A stretch of 20,810 nucleotides of DNA. It comes from Octopus sinensis (Eukaryota). The translations under genes and the position numbers were made by a program. The stretch is taken from the NCBI RefSeq assembly GCF_006345805.1, contig NW_021823772.1:1-20810 (forward strand), in the 5' to 3' direction. How positions within the stretch are numbered: position 1 is the first letter of the stretch; every line of letters starts with the position of its first letter. The notes beneath the pieces were generated by a model, which made no database searches, was not told the DNA's origin, and worked only from the letters and a program-made list of their open reading frames with translations. Of the stretch, positions 8,613 to 18,627 are shown piece after piece.

Positions 8613-11202
8613 ATGAGCGTTTTTACGCTTATCAACGCCCGGTCAATTCGGAAACGGGCTACGGAGCTAACCTACTTGGTTAGCTCGGTAAACATGGACA
8701 TATTGGTTGTTAATGAAACGAAGCTTAAGGGAAATCAGCATCATAAAATCCATGGTTTTCAGTCGATTGATATCCCATGGCGACCTGACGCAGTGGCTGG
8801 CACTGGGACATCCATATATTATAAAGACAATCTGATGGTGAGGGACTTGAAAATCGTCGAACAAAATTTGTGCGAACTGATTACATTGAAACTACTAACA
8901 TCCCTTGGATGGATATCTGTCGGAGCTATGTACTCCAAAGCAATGAAGAATTATCAAAATCTTATTGAAGAATTTTTCCAGAACAATGATAGAGGAATTC
9001 TAATAGGAGACCTTAACGCAAAACACACATCGTACGGATGTGCCAACACAAATTCGGACGGTAATATACTCCTCAGATTATCGGAGAACTGCGGTTTTAG
9101 TGTTTTGACCTCACGAGAACCAAACCACTTCTCTTGTTATGGAGAGGATTGTATTGGAGTTTTCCTCGTATCGGCAGATCTTGTTCATCAATGCAGCATA
9201 CCAAGGATTGAGATAAACATTGGTAGTGATCACCTACCTCAATCCTTGTGTATGCGAACATCATCTACGATATGCGAAGATCTGTTTATCGGATACGATA
9301 CGTCTCGGACAATCTGGTCGGACCTTGAGGTATCAATGAAAAAGCATTTGACACCGTATCCAATACAAAACATCTCTTCGAATATACAAATTGAAAAACT
9401 TGATAAAATTCTCAGAGAAGCTATACTGGACTTTCTCCGAAAATCTTCAATCAGGAAATACATCATGTCAAATACTAACAGAAAAACCCGGATTGACGAA
9501 TCTTTGGGAAAACTTATAAAATGGAAGGGAAACCTTGAAAAGAAGCTAAGACGATGCAGTGACCCCATAGATCGTATTCGTCTTCGGATAAGATTCGTAC
9601 CGTGAAAATAGAGATAAATGATGTCGCAAAAAAACATTCAGACCTTGCTTGGAAGAGTCAATGCTCGAAACTGAATAAGAAAAACCCTCATTTTTGGAAG
9701 GTTTTCAACAGACTGAGTAATATGGAGAACAAAGGAGAAGAGATCCGACTAAAAACAACTGAAGGAATAGATATCCCGCTCGATGAAGTTCCCTCACATC
9801 TGCGAAGTCAACTGGCAAAAGTTCAAGAGGTGGATCCGATCGACATGGTTCCGAAAGAAGTTATATGTGAGGCTCAGAGAAGTCTAAGAGCTAATTTGAG
9901 TCATACGGGACCACTGTGCAGAGACATAACGTTGGAAGAAACGTATGCCGCAATTATGAGCTGCAAGAATAATGCACCCGGCCATGACTACATTCCAATT
10001 TCTGTATTCAAACATGCTCCAAATATTCTCCTACGATACTTGACCGCACTATACAATGCAAGCTGGAGACTTGGATACGTACCGGACTCTTGGAAAAAGT
10101 CAATCGTACGTATGATTCCAAAGCCTGGAAAAATAAAGGACCATGCAGAGAACTATAGGCCGATAAGCCTAATATGCTCCGTCTCTAAAATTATGGAACG
10201 GATTGTCTTCACAAGACTTTCGAACTTCGTAGAGGAATCAGGTGCACTTGCAGTAGAGCAGTGGGGATTCCGACGAAAAAGATCCTGTGGTGATTGTTTC
10301 GGAGAACTCGAGAAAGTCATCTCGCTTAGTCTTGCTAATAATACAGCGACTATTGCTATCTGCCTCGATGTCTCAAAAGCTTTTGACAGCGTATGGCACC
10401 TGGGCCTCTTGGAAAGTGTCGCCAAGAGCAAACCCGGGTCTAAAACGGTCAATTGGCTGAAGAGCTATTTATCAATGAGAAGGTCATACATACGATGCGG
10501 AAACCGTTTGTCGGAATCTGTCGATCTCAAAAGAGGGGTACCTCAAGGCTCGGTCTTGAGCCCCCTGCTTTTTAATATTTACGTTGCTGATGATTCCAAA
10601 ACCGAAAGATCCTACCAGTCGTCTCATGATCTACGCGGACGACATATTAATAACGGATGCTTCGTGGAGAAAAGAAACATCTCGTGGAGGAAGTTAAAAG
10701 GATACGTGACAAGAGTGGAAGAATGGTGCATATCAAAAGGACTGACGCTTGCAAAAGAAAAGTGCACCGCCACTTGGATTGCAAAACAGGGAGCAAAACG
10801 AAAACCGCCGAGAAACCTCTATGGGTTTACAGTAACGGAGAACCTGAAATACCTTGGGGTTGAAGTTGGATCCAAGGGTTCTTACTTCAGATACATCGAC
10901 TCGAGGAGAAGGAAATGCGCTCAAATTCTCAGGAGCATAATTCACTTCCACCTTCCCCGGAAACGTTTTTATATGTTTATAAAACGTGCGTCGAACCATT
11001 GCTTACCTACGGGTTCGAGGGATGGTATCCTACTGCTGAAAGGGATGGCATTATCGCTAAGCTCGAAAAGACGAGGCGATATGCCATCAAATTGGCAAAT
11101 GGACTCCAGTTGGACCAACCCATCCCTCAAGTGATGGAAGACGCGACGGAAACGGTTGGAAGTGTTCTTGAGAGAGCCTTTTCTTCTCGAATTAAATATT
11201 AA
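8613..11202 (+). CDS. LINE ORF2 (APE endonuclease plus reverse transcriptase) with four apparent frameshifts
   Basis: APE motifs INARSI, VVNETK, GDLNAKH, SDHLP. RT motifs YRPISL, QWGFR, CLDVSKAFD, GVPQGSVLSP, YADD (10632-10643, in a shifted frame) and YLGV. Frame breaks near 9600, 10590, 10660 and 10950. No RNase H or C-terminal zinc finger was seen. Confidence 0.9.
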
Positions 11203-11289
11203 AAAAAAAAAAAAAAAAAGAGGGAAACAACGAAGAAGAGGCATACGTTGTCTCATTAACTTTCTCCCTCTTTTTTCGGCTTTTCCGTT

Positions 11290-11318
11290 AATAAAAATTC
11301 ATTCATTCATTCATTCAT
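11290..11318 (+). repeat. LINE 3' end: AATAAA followed by an (ATTC)5 tail
   Basis: AATAAA at 11290-11295, then ATTC x5 at 11297-11316, running into the right TSD. Confidence 0.8.
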
Positions 11319-11328
11319 CCAAGGCAAA
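11316..11328 (+). repeat. Right target-site duplication, CATCCAAGGCAAA
   Basis: Identical to 7150-7162. The first bases overlap the ATTC tail. Confidence 0.9.
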
Positions 11329-12243
11329 CTTATACCCGGCAGAACAAGATTTTTTTTGCAACCTTCATGACTGAGCAATAATAGAACGAGGTGATTGAGT
11401 GGAAGAAAGCTCTGCTGCAACTCAAGAGCTTCCTGGAAGGACGATGACTGGAGGAGGGAGTACAACCTGCAGGCTGATCGAGGGAGTACTCCCGCCAACG
11501 AACTGATGCAGTATTGGCTCCTGTGGGTAAAGAAAAAAGGTGTACCCGCAACGTAGGCAGGTAGAAGAAGGGAGGCGGAGCCCATAAAGACATTAAACTC
11601 ATAGTTTTTAGTTAGAGAGACGACTTGTGATATTTTGATGATCTGAGATTATAAAATGAGACTCACATCTCCGCCGCTCTCTTGCAATCCGATTATATTT
11701 GGGTGTTGAGCCATTTCGGCAATGATTTGTGAGTCCATATCGATGCCCGTGAATTGAGTAATGTTGTACATAATGACGGGGAGGGGCGAGGCGTCGGCCA
11801 CCTGAATAAATTACAGCACTCTCACCTCGTTGAAGTACAAACGAAATGAGTCAGTATTCATTTGTGGTTTGTAGTAGTATGGGGGTTTCACCAGCACTGC
11901 ATCCACCCCACAGTCCGCCAGTTGGTTTATTTGCTCGATCGTTGCCCTCGGGGCTGCAGTTATACTTAACGGATGTACTTTCATATCCAGCTCCCGAAAT
12001 CAATACTTTGCTACTATTCAAAGCTTTTCTGGCAGTGCTCACTACTTGGATACGTTCGGATGGACTCAGTAGAGGGTATTCTCCGTTCGATCCGATCATG
12101 GTTATTCCATTTATGTCAGTCTCGTTCCACTTGCCAATATTCTCGGTCAGTTTTTGGGTGATAACATTGCCTTTATCGTCGAATGGGGTTGGGATAGGCG
12201 GAATGATCCCTCTTATTTTGCTTATATATCTTCGTGAAGCCAT
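11316..12243 (-). pseudogene. HOGA1: HOGA1-like 4-hydroxy-2-oxoglutarate aldolase (DHDPS family), 5' part, interrupted by the LINE
   Basis: Motifs GIIPPIPTPF, GSNGEY, GAGYE, PPYYY, VADASPLPVIMYN, QHPNIIGLQESGGD, FMGSA and CISSLAGVL. Introns at 11954-11978 (25 nt), 11802-11825 (24), 11643-11666 (24), 11521-11545 (25) and 11363-11387 (25). Small indels near 11512 and 11330-11355. The catalytic Lys reads Gln. Confidence 0.87.
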
Positions 12244-12780
12244 CGATGTGTGAATAATACTACTCAAAGATCGTGCCACTCCGATTTGTGGTTTGATATT
12301 TAATTGATGTACTTTTATTTTTTTTTTTTTTAATTTTGTTATTTATTAAATAAATTAATCATTATTTAAAGCTAATAATATTTCATACTATCTACAACTT
12401 TATTTTCATAAATAAACTACTGGTGGCATCGTGAAAGTGCTTATAATAATAATAAATAAACTACTCTTATAAAAATTTCAAGTAATCTTATTCATGGTTT
12501 ATCGAGTTGTTCACAATTAAGTAATATTCTACATTATCCGCTTTAAAATTCTTATCTTTGGTTAAGAATAAAAATAATCGTTCCACTTCGTACGATGTAG
12601 CCTGACATTTAATCAACAAAGAATAATCTATAGACGTAAAATAACAGAATAATTAACTTTATTGTTCTATCTCTGGCCTGTGAAAAATTTGTCTAGCATA
12701 AGCGAAAATTTTGTCACCTAGTTGTTGTAGATGGTTCTTCCGAGTTCATCATTAAGTTTTAGTTTTTCTGATTTTTTTGT

Positions 12781-13566
12781 CGCGCTGGTATTTTTACAGC
12801 TGATACGTTTGCGCTTCCTGCATGTAGCCTTTTTAAACGAACTCTCTGGATTTACCGGCCGACGACCTGCAGGAATTTCGGACCACAGCCAACTTCCCAA
12901 TTCCTTCTGAGATGTCCAGACAGAGGAATTGAGACGAGATCTGGGCAGCACACTCCTTTTCCATGCTACAGCCGCTACTGGACCAACATCGCCTGGCGTG
13001 CTTGCTTTCTGCAGTTCACAAACACATGACTCCTGACTCGACGCCTCCCAGACGCCATCAACGGGCTTGTTATTGGATGACGAGAATCTCCGAATTCGAG
13101 TTGCTCTTCGGTTGGGTATTGATATCTGTACGCTCCGTTGTTGTCGCTGGAGGAGTATGGTGAATGTGGAAGCCGCCCGAGCACAGGCCGCACGCCTCGT
13201 CACGGGGCACTCAACGACGTCATCTCGTAAGCACTCAATGTTGCCAGGTTTCTTGAATTTACTCAAACTAGTCGGTCTGGACAGGGGGGACGGCAAGCCT
13301 CTAAATAGGATAGCAACCTTCTTTCTCCGTAATGGCAAATGCCACATTTAGGATGCTACGTGTACAATTTAGTCCCCATCCGCATCTTCTCCTGGATCGG
13401 CTGCGGTTTTTGCAAATTCAACATAACGGAAAAGTGCAATCAAATTGCCCCTCAACATTTCTCTGTCTCTCCGATATTCGAAACCTCCGGAGCCTTCGGC
13501 TTGCAAAAATCAAAATTTCTGAAAAACGTCTCCCACATTATCGCTCGAGGATGTTCTCTGGCAATG
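12781..13566 (+). mobile_element. Second degenerate CRE-like retrotransposon 3' region
   Basis: Motifs across frameshifts and stops: AGIFTADTFALPA, LLDQHRLACLLSA, LLDDENLRIRVALRLG, HGALNDVI, VGLDRGDGK, DATC, FETSGAFG, IIARGCSLA. Colinear with the copy at 3100-3909. Confidence 0.75.
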
Positions 13567-13971
13567 CTGCAGATCGAGCTTGTTTTTTTCTCACTATCTT
13601 CTCTCATTCAATATAAAAGGTTAGATGTTAGTCAGCTCAACGACACCCCAATGCGTATTGAATGGCAGTTTCCGCGGAGCACGGCAATCGAGATTCGCGA
13701 AAGTGCCAGCTCGTATTTCTCCAGTCGTCTGTTTTCGAGGAGATTTTCCTAACATTGTCAGTGAGGAGTTGAGTCACAGCCTTTCGAATATTCCTGAGGT
13801 TTTGATAACAAGGACTGAAGACGGATCCGAAAAAGTCCATCCGGAATTTACCGCTTCAGTGATGAGATCGCCCAAGCAGTTTCCCGCAGAGATTCGACAA
13901 TTTTTAAAAACGATTAACTATAAACAATTATTTTTCTTCATCGGCTTGGAACGAAAATTACAAGGGAAAAT

Positions 13972-14037
13972 AAGGATCCCAACCAGACTTGTCATCTTTT
14001 TCAAAAAGTCTCGTTAGCGATCTTCCGAGAGAACTGC
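13972..14037 (+). mobile_element. Possible further CRE-like C-terminal fragment
   Basis: KDPNQTCHLFQKVSLAIFRENC resembles DPREVEWLMQLFSIAVIRGNS in the copy at 3328-3909. Confidence 0.35.
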
Positions 14038-14533
14038 AACCCATCTTGTACGGAAGAGTTCAAAATAATTCTTTTCTATGTTTAAATTCAAAATCAAAAA
14101 AAAATTCGCCGAAAAAAATTAAAATGTAAAGAGTGATATTTTAAAAAAGAACAAAATGCTCTCCAGTCAACGGGAACAATCTTCTTAACGTTCTAAAGCG
14201 AACGCCAAGTCACGTTCAGGCAATGCAGAGTAAAGAACATCATTACAGTTTTGTCTAAGAACATTTTTGATAAACGTTCTTTCTTAGAAATGATCCTGAA
14301 AGTATAGCCTTACTTCCAATAAATAGGAAGATAAAGATAGGTTTATTTTCACAAAGAGAATACTTGATATAAAATTAAAGAAAAGTAGCAGGCCTTATAC
14401 ACTAAGTCGTTCATGGCTATTTCCTTCTCTTGTCTAGAAACTTTAGGAACTGGCTTTCGACAAGTCACCAATTTCGTGACAGCTCATAAAAAAGGTTTTG
14501 TGACAGCTCGGTATTTTTTCTCTCAAATTTACG

Positions 14534-16745
14534 CTAAAGGCCACCTTGAGAGCTAATCTCCTCGTTTTTCCAGTAGTTTTATAATTCTTGCCTTAGAAAG
14601 GGACAAGATCCGCCCTTCCAGCCCAGACATCACCACAGAAAGAATGACTACCCGGAAAATAAATAGCACAGTCTCCGGGGTAGTTTGATTAGGTCCATAA
14701 TCATTTGTGTAAACATTTCATTAAAAAAATTAGACTTCCAGGTACAAAAACGATTAGCTCTTCCGAATAGATTCAATCGTATATGGTAAGGTTTTTGCAC
14801 TTCTTGCTTATACTTTAGTGAGCGTGCACTTCTCAATTAACAGAGTCAAGTACTTCAATACCATCCACTGTTTTATTTGCTTTAAGTAGATTTTAGTTTT
14901 ATTTCCGACGTCGTCGGAAGGGCTGCCTCGTTCGTGATAATAACGTCATCAGCATAAAGGAATACATTCGTTGAGATGCACACAGGTTTTTGGAAAGTCT
15001 GCCATGTACACGATGAACAAAAATGGGGTGAGAACTGAGCCTTGAGGTACTTCCTTTTTTGAAGAATAACTTTTGAATCTTAACCAAGATATTTGACAAA
15101 GGAGATCCTCCCATTCAAAAAACTCGCTAACTATCAAGGGTTTCTGCATCGACATCACAATATTCAAGATTTTCCAGCAAGATTGAGTGACAGACACTGT
15201 CGAAAACCTTCGACACATCCAAGCAGACAATACTGTTCGATAAGCCAGAATCTCGTGCCTTAGATACTATCGAATTCAGTCGATAGATGAAGTCAGCAAG
15301 GTTCGGCCCGGACGAAAACCCCACTGATCGTGAGAGAGCCAGTGATTCTATATGCAATACTAGACTTCTATATATGATTTTCTCCATTATCTTTGATGTA
15401 GATCAAATTAGACTTATAGGCCTATAGTCCAAGGCTTTTTTAAATTTCTTAGGTTTTCGAATTATTCGAACTTAGGTTTTTTCCATGATGTTAGAACGGA
15501 GGCTGGAATTGTAGAGTTTTGTAAGCACAGACATCAAACAAATCAGTGCATGCTTAATACAGGCCATTGGAATCTTGTCATATACTGGGGCCGCATTTTT
15601 GACTACGCTTATTACTTCTCGAGTCTCAGACTCAATAATCGTGTAACGTTGCAATCTGCGTGTGTAGTTTGCTGGAGGACGCTTTGGTAAAAAGGCAGAT
15701 GGATCTGCTTCCGAAACAGCTGCGAGCTGATTGCGGAGGATTTCAGTAATCTCCTCTTGGATCGAGAGGCATCCTCTCAGACGTCATTAATGTTGAATAC
15801 AGCATTATAGTCATCATCTTGGAAGTATGATCACCGCCGATGTTTTCGATTTTCCTCGTAGGTTTGCATAAGAGCTTCAATGAGGGTGAAGTTAGGAACA
15901 GCCGTAAGAAATCATCTCCATGACATGAAAAATAATTTGGCTCTTCCGATGTTTAAACATCAAAACCAACATGATCGGATATAGCTCGCAGGCTTTTTTT
16001 CTACTGAAGATGGGCATTTAGAATTTAGATTTCCAGCAATTAGTGAAAATTGATTTTCTTTAAAGAAATCAGCAATTAAGTTTTTGTTTTCAGCTAATTT
16101 CTTATAGTAAATTCCCCCAAGCAGAACCCATTCCTGTCTACATTAAAACTCGAGAGACAAAAATTTAAAAATAGTTTCGTTTTCTATTCTCAAGTTTTCC
16201 ATCTTTAACCAATCATATAGAAGATGACCGTGCCAGCAACTGGACACCATATGAAGTATAGCCATCCAAGGTATATCATTCCATGTTTTTATTTTGACTC
16301 GTTTACTACTAAAATATCCGGCTGATGGAAAGCCACGAGCCGGATTAGCTCGGAAGGCCGTCTCCATATTGATCTGACATTTAGGAGGATGACCACAAGA
16401 GAGCCTTTTACGCCACCATCTCTCGTAAATATCGATCTTTTTCGTTAGAGATCACATCGTTCTATCCCAATTAAATGATTTCCCCCTCAATTGATTTAAG
16501 TCACCTGTCTATCGACATATTGAGTTCCTTTTTAAGGATGACTTCTTTTTGAGACCCCTGCCTTTCGTTGTTTTTTGTTCCGGAATTAATTTTGAGACTT
16601 CTGCTGCTTCCAGATCTATAGTCATTATATTTGAGTCCGTAGGCTCATCCGTTTGGGTTCCAATGGATACACTGCTTTTAAAGACTTCTGTTTACAGACG
16701 ATTCTTCCAAAAATGGAGTCACAGTTTGCTGTTTCTTCCAAGCTG
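14534..16745 (-). mobile_element. Older decayed LINE related to the 7163-11315 element (ORF1 tail plus APE-RT), with an internal deletion
   Basis: The minus strand gives LLNVRSIWRRPSELIRLV..DILVVNESK, GWVLLGGIY..IAGNLNSK, IGGDH, ILRNQLAAVSEADP, KNAAP, CLDVSKVFD, VPQGSVLTP, YADD (14945-14956) and PETVLFIF, all colinear with the first LINE. It has many stops and frameshifts. Confidence 0.85.
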
Positions 16746-16885
16746 AGGTCATACTTGGGGCTTTCTTAGAGATCATATACAATCCAAAATCAGAAGGTAG
16801 ATTGGCTTCCGTGTTTGATGGTACTCAGAGACGAAAGTTTTTAAGGTCCATTTGGGAGTTATTAGTTTCCACATGAGATCTGAAC

Positions 16886-17002
16886 TCGATTGATGTTATA
16901 AAGTTATTGGACAGCAACTTTTTCGAAGGATATTAAGCTTATAGGTTTTCCATTATCCTCAATAAAGAAATATTCATGAGTCCAATCTTGACTAAACGTA
17001 CA
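16886..17002 (-). mobile_element. hAT transposase N-terminal remnant (GTF2IRD2/Charlie-like zinc-finger region)
   Basis: FSQDWTHEYFFIEDNGKPISLISFEKVAVQ*LYNINR matches the recalled family pattern F..EW...YFF...NGKP.CLIC...VAV.K.YN..RH. The Cys residues are lost and there is an in-frame stop. Confidence 0.6.
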
Positions 17003-17059
17003 ATTTGAAGATTTTAGTCGTCATTATTATTATCAAAACATTTTGGAGCTTGCGTTCGT

Positions 17060-17559
17060 TTACACGACCCCGCTGCACAGTAACAGCTTTTTTAATAAAT
17101 TATCTAAAAAATTTGCCAGATCTCTTTCCACTGTGGACGTCCCAACCCTATATTCCATTCAGAGTACTAACATAGCAACTCTTATCATATTTTTATTATT
17201 CCATAAGTCTCTTCTCTACTCCTATATGGCAAAAATATTGCATTTTCATCAGATCTATTAGCCCTGTGAATTTAAGTAAAAATTAATCCGTTTACCAACT
17301 CGATTCTAAAAGATATATACCATTTGACACGAAATACACCATTCTTATTTAAATTGAGAGTAATAGTTCGGGGGAAAATTACTTTTTTAGTAATTTTTTC
17401 CATTTCTAACGACAGATATTTAGCGGATTTTGCACAATTTGCTCCAGGAAGTTCGAAAAGTATTTTAACTTTGTTTGTATCCAGAAATGTTGGTCTTTCA
17501 GAATCTTTTTCTACAAATGGTTCCTTCGTTGATGTATATCTAAGCAACATAAAATACAA
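17060..17559 (-). CDS. Hypothetical multi-exon gene with micro-introns; start codon not resolved
   Basis: Open segments are joined by plausible 24-34 nt GT-AG introns and one homopolymer frameshift, giving ...KEPFVEKDSERPTFLD...LNKNESSWANRSDENAIFLPYRSREETYGII..MIRVAMVGTSTVERDLANFLDNLLKKLLLCSGVV*. No family was recognised. Confidence 0.35.
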
Positions 17560-17808
17560 TCAATCTTGGGACACCAAGTGTATCATTATTTCTCCTATAA
17601 GAAAAATTTTGCTGTCAGTAGGATATAACTTGTCCCTTTAAAAAATCCATTACTATTTTTCAAAATAATTAAAAATTGAGTCTTTTAGCTAAAAAGTGTC
17701 CGGATTTTTACGTCACTAAAAACACGTTTTACGCCTTTAACTATTGTTTTTAAAAACTTTTGAAAATATATTTTTTTAATACAAAAAATATAGGAACAAA
17801 TATTAATT

Positions 17809-18225
17809 TATCCAGCGGTAGATCACTTGGTATTGTGCGTCAAAGCACTTGTTGTCAAAAAGAATTTACGACGTCAATTATTTACAGAAATTGGATATTC
17901 ACCCGAGCCCATTGTAACTAGATGGGGCAGCTGGTCAAATGCTGCTGACTTGCAAAAAATTTAACAGAAATCTTCAAGAAGAGGATTTTTTTATTAAAAA
18001 TATTGAATCAAATAAATTCACTATTTCAAGAGCGTATCATTTTTGAAAAATACTGATTTTAAAGAAGATTCCTGTAAAATTCAAGACTACATAAGCTTAC
18101 AAATTTCAAGAAACGACATTTTAGAAACAATGGAGTTATCTAAGCTACCAATTACTTCATTTCGTCACGCATTATTGTCCGGCAACATCGTGCAAAGTAA
18201 AAAGGTCATTTTCTATTATTCATAA
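17809..18225 (+). mobile_element. Degenerate hAT-superfamily transposase fragment
   Basis: YPAVDHLVLCVKALVVKKNLRRQLFTEIGYSPEPIVTRWGSW contains the hAT P.P..TRW motif. A later frame reads DFKEDSCKIQDYI...NDILE. Stops and frameshifts are present. Confidence 0.55.
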
Positions 18226-18627
18226 AATTTTAACCAAATATTGCAATTTCCTACCTGAAAATGTTAAATATTATTTAATGTTGTGCTTTGATAAATTAAT
18301 TTCTGTTTCTTGAAACTTTTAATTTTTTAATGCAATTTAGTCGACTTTTAAGATCATTTTTTAATATTTTTGAGAGCAACTCTCCGGTTGCCCTAATTAC
18401 AACATGACTGCTCACCGAGAGGTGTTATAGTTACTTAGTAAATATCAATTAAGCATCGTGTAGAACTAAAAGATTATTTCACTTCTCATCGTAATCTGTG
18501 AAAATATTAAATTGGGCTTTTTTTAAAAATAACTTGGTTAAATATTTTAATTAGATTTATAATGGAAAAAATTGATTGATAATTATTTTAGAGCTAATAT
18601 GTATTCACATTTAAAAAGCACTTCGTT

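Larger units (their letters stand above)
7163..11315 (+). mobile_element. Full-length APE-type LINE (Jockey/I-group-like ORF1; exact clade uncertain)
   Basis: Contains a 5' UTR, ORF1 with three CCHC knuckles, ORF2 with APE and RT domains, a 3' UTR with AATAAA and an (ATTC)5 tail, and is bounded by a perfect 13-bp TSD. Confidence 0.93.

Noticed and set aside
11201-11219. A19 tract as the true 3' end of the LINE
   Set aside because: The TSD lies ~100 bp further on, after AATAAA and the (ATTC)5 tail.
12718-13347. 209-aa minus-strand ORF
   Set aside because: It is antisense to the decayed CRE-like copy and has no recognisable motifs.
14476-14509. 10-bp direct repeat GTGACAGCTC, 24 bp apart
   Set aside because: It is a small local duplication near the decayed LINE 3' end, and does not bracket any element.
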